A stretch of 64,000 nucleotides of DNA from Puccinia triticina. Its lineage: Eukaryota. Shown one piece after another: positions 38,309 to 50,766 of the stretch. Both the position numbers and the translations under genes were made by a program. Every line of letters begins with the position of its first letter. Within the stretch, counting starts at the first letter, position 1. The notes beneath the pieces were generated by a model. The model saw nothing but the letters and a program-made list of their open reading frames with translations. It did not search any database and was not told the DNA's origin. The stretch covers positions 1,302,001-1,366,000 of the forward strand of contig CP110439.1 of assembly GCA_026914245.1 (NCBI GenBank). The letters run 5' to 3'.

Positions 38309-38734
38309 CAAGGATGAAAGTGCTGTGCTTCAAAAAGCGCAGCTCAGCGTGAAGCACAGCGGTTTTGGTGGCCGCTGCGCTACTGCTTTTTGGGTCTGGC
38401 AAGAAGCGGGGACCCGCTACTTTCAGTGGTAGCGCAGCAGAACCATCGCTGCGCCACCGCTTTTTGCGCTGGCCACGTAGCGCTCCCCCGCTGCCAGCCA
38501 AAAAAGCGCAGCGCAGCTGCTTTGGTGGCCGCTGCGCGGCGCTGAAAGGAGCGGCCCCGCCCGCTGCGCTACCACTTTTTGGGTGGGGGAAAAAGCAGGG
38601 GCCCACTATTTGCAGCGGTAGCGCAGAGGGACTGGCGCTGCGCTACCGCTTTTTGGGCTCACCACGCAGCGGTTCCCCGCTGCGCTGCGCTAAATGACCG
38701 CTTTTTTGTAGCGCAGCGCAGTGTTTCAGCCTTG
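38309..38734. mobile_element. GC-rich hAT-like MITE remnant
   Basis: CAAGGATGAAA / TTTCAGCCTTG termini similar to the Ac-type TIR; internal AGCGC/GCGCT repeats; no TSD. Confidence 0.5.
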
Positions 38735-39284
38735 CATGTAGTCTTCTACTGAAGCTCTTTCACATGACAATTGGTTATAAACATGTCATGTGACAGAGTC
38801 AGGGAAATTAGACTATTGTAATACAAATACATTGCCCACAGCCAAGCTTTGTTCACGCCTACACCCCAGGATAATCCCATGGGGAGAAAAGTACTTAGTG
38901 TTTGCGCCCACAGAAGTCCCCTCTATAAATAGAGGCCTATTTGGCCCACAGGAAAAGATCCCCAGACCATTGATCATCACCCATAAACCGTAATTTTGCT
39001 GTGATTATTCTCCCAGGCTACTATTGTAGCCCCTTTTCCTTTTAAAACCACCTTTTGCACGCAAAATCCGCTGGATTAAACCTTTAAAATCTCCAAAATC
39101 CCTTATTAGAATATTTTAAAGCCTTCACTGCAAGAAAAACTCTAGAAACTGCCAGCAGTTGACATGTGGCACACTCCAGAGTAACTGCCATGGTAACTCC
39201 ACATAATTACATCATGCCCTTTCATGCACAGTCACTGTGCACATTGCACAGTGACTGTGCATTCACCCTTAGTTCAAATAAACT

Positions 39285-40118
39285 TTGAGAACCCAAGTCC
39301 CTATGTCAGGCAGCAATGACATTCATATTCTTGCCTCTAAAGGGAAGGTGACTAAACCTGATGAAGTCTTTAAAAAGCCGTTGGGAAAATCAACCAACTT
39401 TCAGTGGAGAAGTGAGGCCCTTAGCAAAGATGAACAGACACTGCTGTATTGTCATTGGGCTTTTGGCCATGCAAGCCTTCGACATACAAGGAGGCTGATA
39501 AAACTGGATCTAGGACACAGTCTGCCGGAGATTCTTCCCCCCGGGAAAATTCATTGCCCTGTGTGTGCAATTAGCAAGAGTACACAAGTTAACCCGCTGA
39601 GTTCTACCCTTAGGAAAGTTGAGCGCCTGGATGTCATGGCGGCTGACCTTATAGGTCCCTTTCAAGTTGATTCAATCAATGGAGGGAAGTATCTGCTGAC
39701 CATGCGGGATGTAGCAACGGGCTACACAATTGTGAAAGTTTTGAAGCAGAAGTCCAAAGCAAATGTGCAAATCATGAACACGATTGTAAGCCTGGAACAG
39801 GCGACAGGAAAACAACTGGGGACGCTCAGGAGAAACAACGGGGGCGAATTTGCCAACAAGAAGTTGAGCAATTTTCTAGCGGAGAAGGCCCTAATTCCAT
39901 ACTACCATTACCAAAACGGGGTAATTGAGCGTTTCAATCGGACAGTGGCCAACATGGGGAGGACGGTTCTGATTGATAGTCCTTTGTCAAACAAGTTCTG
40001 GAGTTACGCATTTATATGGGCGGCCTATGTTCTGAATTGTGTGCCAAATAAGGCAAGCGGAGACAGGACGCCGTATGAAGCTATGTTCGGGAGAAAGCCG
40101 CAGTACAACAATTTCCGT
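39285..40118 (+). pseudogene. Ty1/copia GAG-pre-integrase and integrase core (5' part, 5'-truncated element)
   Basis: HWAFGHAS..CPVCAISK, AADLIGP, RRNNGGEF, QNGVIERFNRT, TPYEAMFGRKP; cut by gypsy 2. Confidence 0.9.
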
Positions 40119-40208
40119 TGTAAGACTCAAAAGTGGTTGTGAAACCCTTTTGCTGAATGGAGAAGGGGATGAAGGAGTTGCAAGCTCTGCCCTTCTATAC
40201 TACCAGCT

Positions 40209-40242
<34 letters not shown>

Positions 40243-40914
40243 ATTAGGTGATAGGAGTGAATGCTCAAGATGAGTTTATTCGATACACTTTATAAAGATT
40301 TGTTATTGATATATAAGGGTTGTTATGAGTATAGTTGTAAGTGTTGAGAGTACAAGGTGGTGAGTGAATCACTGATCAGTAATAAACTGCCGCTACAAAT
40401 GAGGGGGAGAGAGCCCCTTATATAGACAAATGTGAGGGATTTTAGCTCCAGGGCAGCCCCAGTGAGGGATTTTAGCTGGCCTGCGCTGTGTACAATTTAT
40501 GCGAGGGGTGCATGCATGATGCAGGGAACAATGGCATGTGATGCAATAAAACCAAACAAAAGTGGAGGTGAAAGTTCTAGAATGCGGAGAACAATGGCAC
40601 AGACTGCAGTGGCAGTGCTGGATGATGTCATGCAGCTAGAAAACAAAGGCAAAATAATATATGCAGTGGAGATACCATGGAGTAGGGAAAGGTGGCTTGA
40701 GGTGCGTGACAGGGGTCAACAGGGTGCTACAGGTTGTCCGGAGGGTCTAACTTCCAGTGCAGTGGGGCTACAGTTACACTTTCAGTGGAGACTAGGGGGT
40801 AATTTGGCCGTAGATTCCATTTCTGGGGTCCATATGGTCGTACCATGAGGCATTCTATGACTAATTACGCAAATGAGAGAAAAACTTTTGATTTTTCCCA
40901 TTTTGTATACCACA
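40119..40914 (-). repeat. 3' LTR of gypsy 2
   Basis: Apparently identical to 50767-51562; adjacent PPT AAGTTGGGGGAGAA (minus) at 40915-40928. Confidence 0.95.
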
Positions 40915-42280
40915 TTCTCCCCCAACTTATTGTCTGTCCCCAGACAATTCGCCGTGAAAAAGTGCCCCGTTTAGATTTTTGAAAGCTTGAAAGTTGAGTT
41001 TGCACAGCTGTCATTCCAGAATTCTGGAATATTGGCTTTCTTTTGTCGCTGGAGTACCATGGAGTGAAGTTTGCACAAAAATTGGATTTTGTGATTTTTG
41101 AGGTGCTTTGTGAGCTGGAAAATTTTTCATGTCTGGGAGTCAAAGTGCTGCGCGCAGTCCGCAGCTGCGCAGTTGCGCAGCGCCGCAGCATGTGACTTCG
41201 TGTCGCCGTTGTACGTAGCTGCCGCGCTAGAGCTCCAGAGTGCGCGCGCTTGAAGCCGCGAGCCCGGATCAACGAGTATTGATCGGGGACCCGTACGCTG
41301 TTCCTGAGTAAACGGGCCATGGGCCCAGGTGCTCTGTGTTGATCGCGCCCGCCCGTTCTGTTGTCGAGTAGTGATCGGGGGCGCGCGCTACCCGTCCAGT
41401 CTGTCTGATCCCCCCGTCTGCGATGCCGGCCGATCGTGTTTGGCTCCGACCATACCTGAGGTCCGACTCGCATCATAGATAATCCTCCCGACACATAGTT
41501 CGTTGCCCACGATTCATCAAGCTGTCTTCGCCTCCACCACCGCTAGCCTCAGGAACGAATTCGAGCTCGCTTCTGCAGTCTCGAGCTGCATGGGACCAAA
41601 CTTCGCGACCTTCCGGCGTCTTCTCGATCCAAACGACCTCCAAACAACTCACAAGCCAACTTCGCCGACCACCTCCTCCATCTCCCGGGGCGGATTCCTT
41701 TGAGGCGCACTCAGTGCCTCAGAGCCAATCCGTCGATTTCGCCGCCTCCTGCCGCCGTCACCAGCCTTCAGGATTGAACTCGAGCTTGCTTCTGCGGCCT
41801 TGAGCTGCAGGAATTCGATCCCCGCTTCGTTCTTCCGGACAGCCAAAGCTGAGCCCATAAGGTATGTAATGTTATTTGTTTATATTAAGTTTATATTGCT
41901 TCAGCTGCATTGTCTTCCAGCTGAAGCCCTTTCATCCTTTACTCAGTACGTTATGCTCCGGTTGGGACGTCCGGGTCATGACCGGCTTCATGACGGGTGC
42001 GTTTGGTTATATTACCTCGGCCATCGCCCGCCGAGCCGTGATCAAAGGATCCGAATAATGAGGCAGGGCCCTCAAGCCTTTGTTGTCGCCAGGCAGCCAG
42101 GTAAGTCGTCTACTTGCATCCTGATTCCTGGTGATGTCCGGCCATACAGGCAAGGCTGATAGGCTCTCTGAAGGGTATAAAACAAGCCTTCTCTCCGTTG
42201 ATTCAGGTTTCCTCCCCATCATCTCCTCAGCGTCCAACCACCCTTTTGCATTAGTTCCTTCAATCCCCATTGACCCTGTT

Positions 42281-43665
42281 ATGACTACCTCCTCTAGCCA
42301 ACCTTCACACCCTTATTATTTACGTCCTCGTGTGAGTTCAGCTGCAAAACAGGTGCGTCCTCCCTTCTTCAGATTCAACTTTCATCCTTGCTAACGATGC
42401 TCTCTTCTGTAGATGAATTCCTCGGTCCTTGATACCATGGGTTTCGATTGAAACCTCTTAAACCACCACCCTCTTGGGCAGCCATTCCCCAAGGTAGGTT
42501 TTCTTTCCCTGTATCTCTGATGTTTTATTATTTCAAGGGAAACTGATCGTTGTGTTCGCCAGACGCCTCGTGCTGATGCGCCTGCTGAGCCGCCAACCCA
42601 TTCTTCACTTGATCACATGAACTGGACCCAGGACCAGCGTGACTATCTCTCAAACTCGCTGATGATGTCTGACATCTGTCTTGAGTCCCCGGTGGCTCTT
42701 CGACCGTTCATTGTTGGCGATGCAACCATGCAGACTTTAGAGACGGTAAGGTATTTTCTTTAGTCATCTTTGCCCATACTGCCATCTGACCCTATCTTGT
42801 GTAGTTCTTGGGTTCTAATAACAGTGATCGGGCCCCTCCGAACGTCCAAACTCTCCTTGGCTTGACTTCCTCTGCAGCTGAGGTCGCAGCCCCGGCAATC
42901 CCTCCCGGTTTGGTTGGGCTTCACCCCCGATTCAGAACTCCAACACCGTATCCAACTTCTAGCCCGCCTGAGGGTATTAATCCTGTTGCCGGATCGCCGG
43001 TCTACTGCCCTCGAACCCCAGATCGCTTGCCTAACCCTGACTCGCCCATCTTCCATCCAAGAGCCCCTGACAGTTCCCCAGCGCCGGTAAGTTACTCTTT
43101 TGATTCTTTTCTCAGCGCAGAACTGTGCTGATGCCCATTGAGTTGTATATCTACATAGGTCTTATCGTCCAACCGAGTTGCTCTTGAAGACTCCTGGACA
43201 CCGCTACCCGCTTGGACAGTTCGTCCTTGCGGCCTTCCATTGCAGCCCAAAACTCAGCAGGCTATCAAGGTGGATGAGTTGGCTTCTACTGAGAACGAGC
43301 CGGCCCATCCCAGATCCGAAATCGATGAACTTTCTGACCACGATAATGAACCCATTGAGGGCTTCCCGCGCATCCCTTCGCCGTCTGTTCGCGGTGATTA
43401 TGGTATAACGGAATTTCCCTTCCTTTGCCCTCATCAAATCGAAGCGCTTCTTACCCGCCGACACGGTATTGTCCCAACGACTCCCGCCACGGTTGAACCA
43501 GCTATCCTTTTTCATTTCTATGTTGGAATGGTCGAGGACTTTGTTGCGTTCTCTAACCGCAACCCTTCTCCGAATGGATTCGACCACATGGAACGTATCG
43601 ACCTTTTTCAGGCCTGGGCCCATCGATATCTGACCACCGACCATCTTGTTCGTCAAGCCAATTGA
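42281..43665 (+). CDS. Spliced antisense cargo gene inside gypsy 2, ~374 codons, unknown function, one in-frame TGA in this copy
   Basis: Exons 42281-42352, 42413-42493, 42563-42745, 42805-43086, 43159-43665 joined by GT..AG introns with CTRAY-type branch sites, all phase 0; TGA at 42449-42451. Confidence 0.72.
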
Positions 43666-44104
43666 CCAAAAGTGAGTTTCTATCTTTCTTTTTTTTTTAT
43701 GCATTATTATTTTTATACTAATTATTTTTGCTTTGCTTTTCCTTTTAGTCGCCTATGCTGCGTGTTTCCTGGGGTAAAATCGTCACAAAACCAAAAAAAT
43801 CGATAGATAATAGAAAAAAAAATAAAAAAAACTTATATGAGGTAAAACTAAAAAATGTATTATTCTTTTCTTTTTATCTCTTGTACAGTAGGCTAGTCTC
43901 TTTTTATCTTTTGATTATTAGCCTGAAATATATATACCAACACCCCTCCCCCAACTTAAACAGGTTGTCCTCAACCTTGCTTGAGAAGTGAGTTTTTAAT
44001 GTTCTGAATGACTTCAACATAGAGAAAATGTGTTGTTCAAGAATAACCCAAAGAGAAAAATTTCAATTTTAAATATAATACTTTTGCTAGGGAGAAAAAC
44101 ATTC

Positions 44105-47100
44105 TCAAATAGAATGTTGTTTTCTCCCCCAACTTGGAGATGGGCACCAATTCAGATTGTTGTCCAGTTCTTCATCAGAATCTTCATGCAACTTTTCACC
44201 AGTGTCGTCCTCATCCGACAAATCAGGTTGATCTGGATCCTCATCTTGTTGGATCTCCTCAAGTTCACGTCCACGTGGGTAAAAGCGTTTGATATGAGAA
44301 GCTGCGTAAGCCCTTTTAAGTTCCACACCATCCAATTCCTCCAAGATATACGACCCCTTTGGTAGTTGTTTAGTGATTCTAAAAGGACCATTCCATCGGT
44401 TAAGAAAAAGCTTTCCCCATTGGTCCTCCAAGCTTTTATTGTAAATTAAAACTAGTTCGCCAGGATCAAGAGGGTTTCGGAGTCTTGCTGCCATTTTTCG
44501 GTCCCAGTACGGAACAGAGGATTCTCTAGCTTTCATTAGTTTCTCGTGAGCTATTTCCAGAATTTCGTCCCTCCTTTCTAATTGCTTTGTTCGAGCTTCT
44601 AACAGCTGTTCTGTAGTTTTGATTTCCGTCCAATCAATTCCTAGATAGGTGTCCATTTCTAGATCCACAGTTAGCACCACTTTTTGTCCAAAAACAAGTT
44701 CAAATGGTGAGTAACCTGTTGTACGTTTTGTCGAAATCCTGTCTGAAAAAAGCACTAGAGGTAGATATTCTCTCCATTTTCCTCCAGACTCGCCGCACAT
44801 CTTGATCAATGTGTCTTTAATTGGCCGGTGTCCTCTTTCTATCATGCCGTTGGCCTCCGGATAATAAGGTGTAGGCGGTTTGAAAGTTGCACCAATCTTT
44901 TCCACAGCTTTGATAAATTCATTTTTGAATTCGGGTCCATTGTCCGCCGTAACCGTCTTGATTACCCCATACCGATAAACCCATTCCTCCAAGAGAAATT
45001 TTCCAATTGTTGCCGCTGTGAGTTTGACCAAAGGAGCTGCCTCTACCCATCCTGATAAGTCATCTCGAGCCACAAGTAAATATTTATATCTTCCAGCCTT
45101 GATGTGGCAGACATCCAACGCTACTCGTCCGAATAAAGTGTTTTCACCAGTTGGGTTTCGAATTTCCCTAGGTACCAGTGGGTCCCTTTTTTGACATGGT
45201 TCACAGCTTTTTACCCATAAGCGAACCTTTTTCTTCAGACTTGGCCACCAAAATCGGCAGACTAGGCGTTGGTATGTTTCTTCAAGTCCTCGATGACCGA
45301 GTTCCTCGTGAACCTTCCGTAAGAGCTTACTTTGATACGAGATGTTAGAAATTACTAGTTGCGCCATTGGAGAGTGCCGGCGCATCAGTCGTCCATCCTG
45401 AATAAAATAATTTGCTGATTTTCGTTTGAGTTTCTGAAATTCTTCAGGATCCAATCCTTGTGGTTTACGCAGGGTTTGTAAATAGTCCTTGAGATCTTTC
45501 CAAAATCCAGATGATTCCCATTCTAGAATACTTGTGGACATTGAGCATGTTCTAAATCGGGAGCAGACTTTAATCAGTGGTTCCTCTTCATCAAAGTCGT
45601 CTGAATCGTTATAAAACTCGTCCTCGTCATCGCTTATAGGTCTTCTCGACAATGCATCTGGTAAAGTAAATGTCTTCCCTGGCTTATGTACCATATCAAA
45701 TGAGAATAGCTGAATGAAAGCCACCCATCTGGTCATAGGTGCATTGGGAAGCGAAGGAGAGTTGATCATTTGGATTAGGGATTGAGCATCGACTTGTAAC
45801 TCAAAGTGTTGACCCCAAAGAAGTGTATGTAATTTCTTGAGGATCCTAGCTACGCCACAGAGCTCTAACTTTGGCTGGGAATATTTCGATTCCACCGGTG
45901 AGAAGACAACTGATTCGTAGAGAACTGGTCGAATAAGTCCTGTTTGTAGTTCTTGCTGAGAAAGTACTCCTCCTGCCGCGATGAAGCTGGAATCCACGGC
46001 TAAGATAATAAGTCCGGCATCTTCAGAATAGTCAAGGCTTTTCAAGGTGATGTCTTCTCCAATGATCTTTTTGAGAAGGTTGAAAGCTTGATCACAGTCC
46101 TTGTCCCAGGCCCATTCGACATCCTTTCGTGTGAGTTTCCTGAGAGGTGCAGCAATCTCTGACAGATTTTTAATAAAAATTCTGACATAGGTTACTATTC
46201 CCATGAAGCCTCGGAGTTCTGTGACATTATTTGGAGTAGGCCAGGTTGAGATTTTGTTTTTCTTCTGGGATGACACACGCCTTCCTTCTCTGCAAACCAC
46301 ATGTCCAACAATGTCCAAAGCCGGTACACAACACGCAAACTTCTTTCCTGAGATGGTAAGTCCTGCTTCTTCAATCCAAAATAAAACTCTTTCAAGAGTT
46401 TGAGCGTAATCCCAAATAAACCACCGAATTCCCGGATTTTCTTCTAGTGCCTCGTTGTTGTATGTTGAAACAGGTCCTTTTATACCGCCATTGTCAATAA
46501 ATACGCCTACGTGTTCCGGTATCTTGTCCTGGAGGATCCACCTCATTTGAGCTTGGTAAACCGCCACAGAATTTGTTGCTCCTTGGGGAAGTCTTGTAAG
46601 TTGGAATCTTCCTAGTGGTGTATCAAATGTGGTTAAGGGTCTTGATTCTGGGGCCAATTCTCTTTCGTCGTAGCCGCCCATGATGTCGCCTAGTCCGTAA
46701 CAGGCGCGTCCTGCAAAGGATTCCACAAATTCTTCTGTTGCAGGAGGTAGCCCAGCATCCTTGATGGTAACCTTGTTCATTTCTTGTAAGTCGTGAACTA
46801 TTCTTAGTTTTCCATCATGCTTTAGGACACAGAAAACTGGACTAGAATAGCTGGATGTTGATTGTTCGTAAAGTTTGTTTCGTATACGTTCCCGTACTTG
46901 TTCCACATATTCGTCCTTAATTGCCGCAGGTATTGGAATTGGCTTCTTCTGCCAAGGTTGGTGATCCACTACTGGTATAATATAAGGCAAACCGTAGGAA
47001 TGCTTCAAAAGCCCTCTTTCTTCTGGGGTGAATGCTATAGCCTTCTCTCAAATTATAATTAAGTGCTTGAAGAGCTTCAATTCTTCTTCCCAAAGCCATC

Positions 47101-47659
47101 CTTCCGGTCCAAAATTGACTACCTTTAGGCGTTCTTCTGTAATCCTGGCGGTGGGTTTGAATTCTGGAGGATTTGGTGTGAGTGGTGTCTTGTACGGATC
47201 TCGTGAGAGTGGTGGTCGTTGAAGAGGCGGGTTTAGCGTTTGCGGAATAGGTTCATTAATGGGCCGAATTTTCTTTGCTACTGGTTTGTATTTGGTCATA
47301 CACCATAGACTTCCATCCTTCCAACTTTGACATAACTTTGCTTGAAATGCCAAGCCCAAACCCTTTTTGAATAGCTTCCCAACTCTATTGTTGGTAGGTT
47401 GGTGTGAAGCTGATAATTTTACACTATTGATAGACGGAATACATTTGAGAAACTTGGTTGATTCAGCTGTCCCATTAGTCCTTGTTAGTCCCGGTTTGAT
47501 GGATAGAATCTTCGAGAAATATTTTATAGTTTGTTTTTGTAGTTTCTCCAATAAGTGCAGAAAGGATGTTTCGAGCCAGTCTAAAAAACCCAGTGTTCGA
47601 GACATAGCCTGCTCGACCAGCTGTAGCAAGCTATTCCCTAAGTGAACACCGGTGATCAT
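44105..47659 (-). pseudogene. Pol (spacer-RT-RNase H-integrase) of gypsy 2
   Basis: Highly similar to gypsy 1 pol; in-frame TGA at 47048-47050; RT active site FIDN instead of FIDD; acidic C-terminal tail. Confidence 0.93.
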
Positions 47660-50175
47660 AAAAAAGATTGAGTAGGTTTCTTTGAAAACATCCGATGTTC
47701 TTCACCTCCTTCTCCTGTAGACCCGTGTTCAGTGGCTGGCATAAGTATGTTTGTGCTCAGATCCTTCCGATTATTCCAGCCTTTCCCTTGTCCAATTCTA
47801 GCCAAGGGTACAGAAACTCTTCTGCCTTTTGATCCTTGGAAAGAGAGTGTCTCGCCGGTTTCGTGGTATTCCAACGTACATTCGTAGTCAAAAAGAAATG
47901 GTCTTCCAAGAATGCATTCTTGTGCTTTAGGTGAAACAAATAGGTGAGCAGGTCCGGAGAATCGACCAATTGCTAACAAGCAGTTTTCCGCCACACCATT
48001 TATGTCACATCTAGCACCGCCAACTCCTTTCATGGGTATGTCTACTGAAAACAATTCCAAATCCAAGTCTTCTGCAACTGATCGGGGTATGACATTTACC
48101 ATAGATCCGGAATCAACCATGAAGTCTACTTTTGCTCCCCCCACTTCGGCAGTTACATATCCCAGAGCACAACTATAATAACACGGGTCAGAGATATCTT
48201 CGTCTTTCTGGGGTGTAGTCATTGCAGCTGAAACTTTGGTGGATTCCGTAGCAATGTAGGTAGCACTGTTTTTACCCGGAAGGCGTCCTTGAAGTTTGGC
48301 AATGACTTGTTCCGTGTATGATGGTGAAATAGCCGTAAGCTGGGCAAAAGTTGTCGGAATTTTTACTTGGTCTAAATCTTGTAGTAGTGATTCCTCCGGA
48401 GAATTTTTCTTGATACTGATAGGTGCCCTTTCTCGACTCCATATTTTCTCTGGTGCCTTTCTAGGATTTTCCTGTTGAATTTCTGCTAATTCGTCCTCCG
48501 CATCAATGTCCATGCCGTCTTTTTCTGGTTCTTGGATCCTCACGCTACGCCGACCTTTCTGAGCTTCAGATCTTGTAATTGCATGAGTTCTCAGATAGTT
48601 TTCTGCACCAAGTTGAGGTGGTTCCCATTCGACAGTCTGAGCTGAGCTTTGCATCATGGGAGTGCTTCCGTTATTTTGTCTTGATTCAGCTAAGTTTCTA
48701 ATCGCATCTTGCATGGCGGGATCTGCCAAAGCACTTGCCACTACTGAACGGATTGGCCGAGATGGGTTCCAAGGAATGTGTTGTCCATTCGGTAAGTACC
48801 ACTCTTTCCCCTCTCTCTTCACCAATCCTTGACTCTTGTCCTTAATGAATTCTGGGCATTGTCCGGTAGAGTGCCCTTCCCGTTTACAATAGTAGCAGAT
48901 TGTAGATTCATATAGTGGGGTGGATGGTCTTGGCGCTTCGCGAGAAAATTCTTGTCTCTCCACTGGTCCCTTTCGATAAACTGGTGCCGTGTTTTTAAGC
49001 TGCTGCTTAAGCGATGCCAACTCCTGTTGGACTTCATTTAACTTCTGTTCTACTGCTTTGTAATTTGGGGTTTCTTGTAACATTTGTTCTCGCCGTTTCC
49101 CGTCACCTTTCCTAGCCTCTAGATTTTTCTGCATAGCTTGATTTGACTCGGAAAAGCTTGAGAAATTGACATAGCCTTTGTTAATTCGGATTTCAGTTTC
49201 TGCCGCAGCCACAAGGTCATCCCATTTAGGTGCCTTATTGCTTCCATCCTTGGCTTTTGGAAGTTGTCCCTTGTTGACTAGAGTCCGTTTGATGCTTCTT
49301 TGACTTTCATTTGAAAAGGCACTTAGGAATAGCAGGGCCGCGTCCTCCTCCTTGCTAATGTGATCATTTTTAATAAGGTACTTGAGAATTGAGGTGAACT
49401 TCCCAAGATAGGTCTTGTAGTCTCAATAATTTGTGACTCCGTTCTTGGCTTGCTGTTTTGCCACTTTGATTAAATCATCGGTGGTGTACATAATAGTATT
49501 ATCTAATTTGCCCCATGTTTTGACCATTTCTTTCCGTAATTTTTTCCAGTCGCAGTCATTGTATCCGTCCATCTCCTCGAGTTCGCTCTTGAGTTCCTCT
49601 GTCCGCACAAATTGTCCAATCTGAAGCGCCTTATCGTAATCCGTTGCTTGGAAAGCGTTGGCCGTTCTTTCGAAACGCTTTAAGAACTTCATGAATTGGT
49701 TGCCATCATAGAAGAGTCCAGGCTCTTTAATAATGATTGGTTTGACTTGGTGGAACTGTGGGGGTTGGTAGTACTGTGGATAAAAAGCTTGTGGATGCTG
49801 AATGGGTGGTTGTTGAACCGGTGGGGGTGGAATTGGCTGTTGTCGTTGTTGAAACTGAGGTTGATACATAGTTTCTCGAATATTTTCCGTGTTGTGAATT
49901 CCGTACCCCGATATAGGTTGATGTGGAGTATTGTTACGTTGCGGTAAGTTTGTGTTTTGAGGAGTTTCATCCGAATCTGATAATTCATCTCCGTATTGGT
50001 CTCTGAGTTGAAGGTCAATTCCCTTTCCTTTGTCTTTTCTGGGTGGTGCAGGTGGGTTTGTTGTATCCGGATTCCAATTCAAGGCTGAAGTTCCGGCCGC
50101 AGGTCTGTTCCTAAAAGGGGTTGATGGAGGAGCAAATCCATTCTCCAAATCTGGTGCGCTAAACGGTAAACTCAT
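47656..50175 (-). pseudogene. Gag-protease ORF of gypsy 2
   Basis: CYYCKREGHSTGQC knuckle, MVDSGSMVNVI..ILGRPFL; single frame with in-frame TGA at 49423-49425. Confidence 0.9.
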
Positions 50176-50348
50176 TTTGTTCTTGTTGAATCCTAGTTTT
50201 GTAATATCACAATCTTTTGCTAACGGTTACTGTGCTCTGAAAAAGAAACAATAATATCTGGTCTCTGGTCTCTTTACCAGGGCTAATTGGGGCTTTTTCT
50301 TTAATAATTGATATAAATAACTTTACCGTACTGGGAGTGTTCTTCAAA

Positions 50349-50515
50349 CAGTATCCTAATTATCTGAATTCTTTGGTACAACAACCGTCTTTCAGTATAT
50401 AATTGGCTGTTTCCTTCGAGTGGACTCCAGAGTTTTCTTCTAGCAGTATCTGATTATCCAGATCCTTTGGTACGACACACCGTCTTCCAGTATATAATCA
50501 GCCGCTTTCTTCGAA
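50349..50515. repeat. Two diverged tandem copies (~95-bp period) in the gypsy 2 leader
   Basis: CAGTATC..ATTATC..CTTTGGTAC..ACCGTCTTYCAGTATATAAT..CTTCGA at ~50349 and ~50444. Confidence 0.7.
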
Positions 50516-50766
50516 ATTCTCCTTTCAGGTCTGGTGGTTACACGTTCTCTTCAGAGGCTTGTAATCTGTTTCGTAAATGATGTTTTAGTATTCGACTGGT
50601 TTTCCAACAGAATAAGTGAATATGCCGTGGAGTTTGTAGATTTTGTTGAAGAATTTGATCCTTTCGCCGCTAGAAGTAGGTATCCTTCGACATTATTCCA
50701 AGTTGTTGAAATCGGTAATCTGGTGTTGATCAAACAAATTTATCCTAATCACGTTGGGGACTCCCT

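Noticed and set aside
40432..40848. 138-aa ORF duplicated at 51080-51496
   Set aside because: Duplicated only because it is inside the LTRs; no motif and not evidently conserved in the related solo LTRs
40865..41494. 209-aa sense-strand ORF before the 3' LTR as a possible env-like gene
   Set aside because: GTG start, Arg/Ser-rich, no signal or transmembrane segment, runs through the PPT into the LTR
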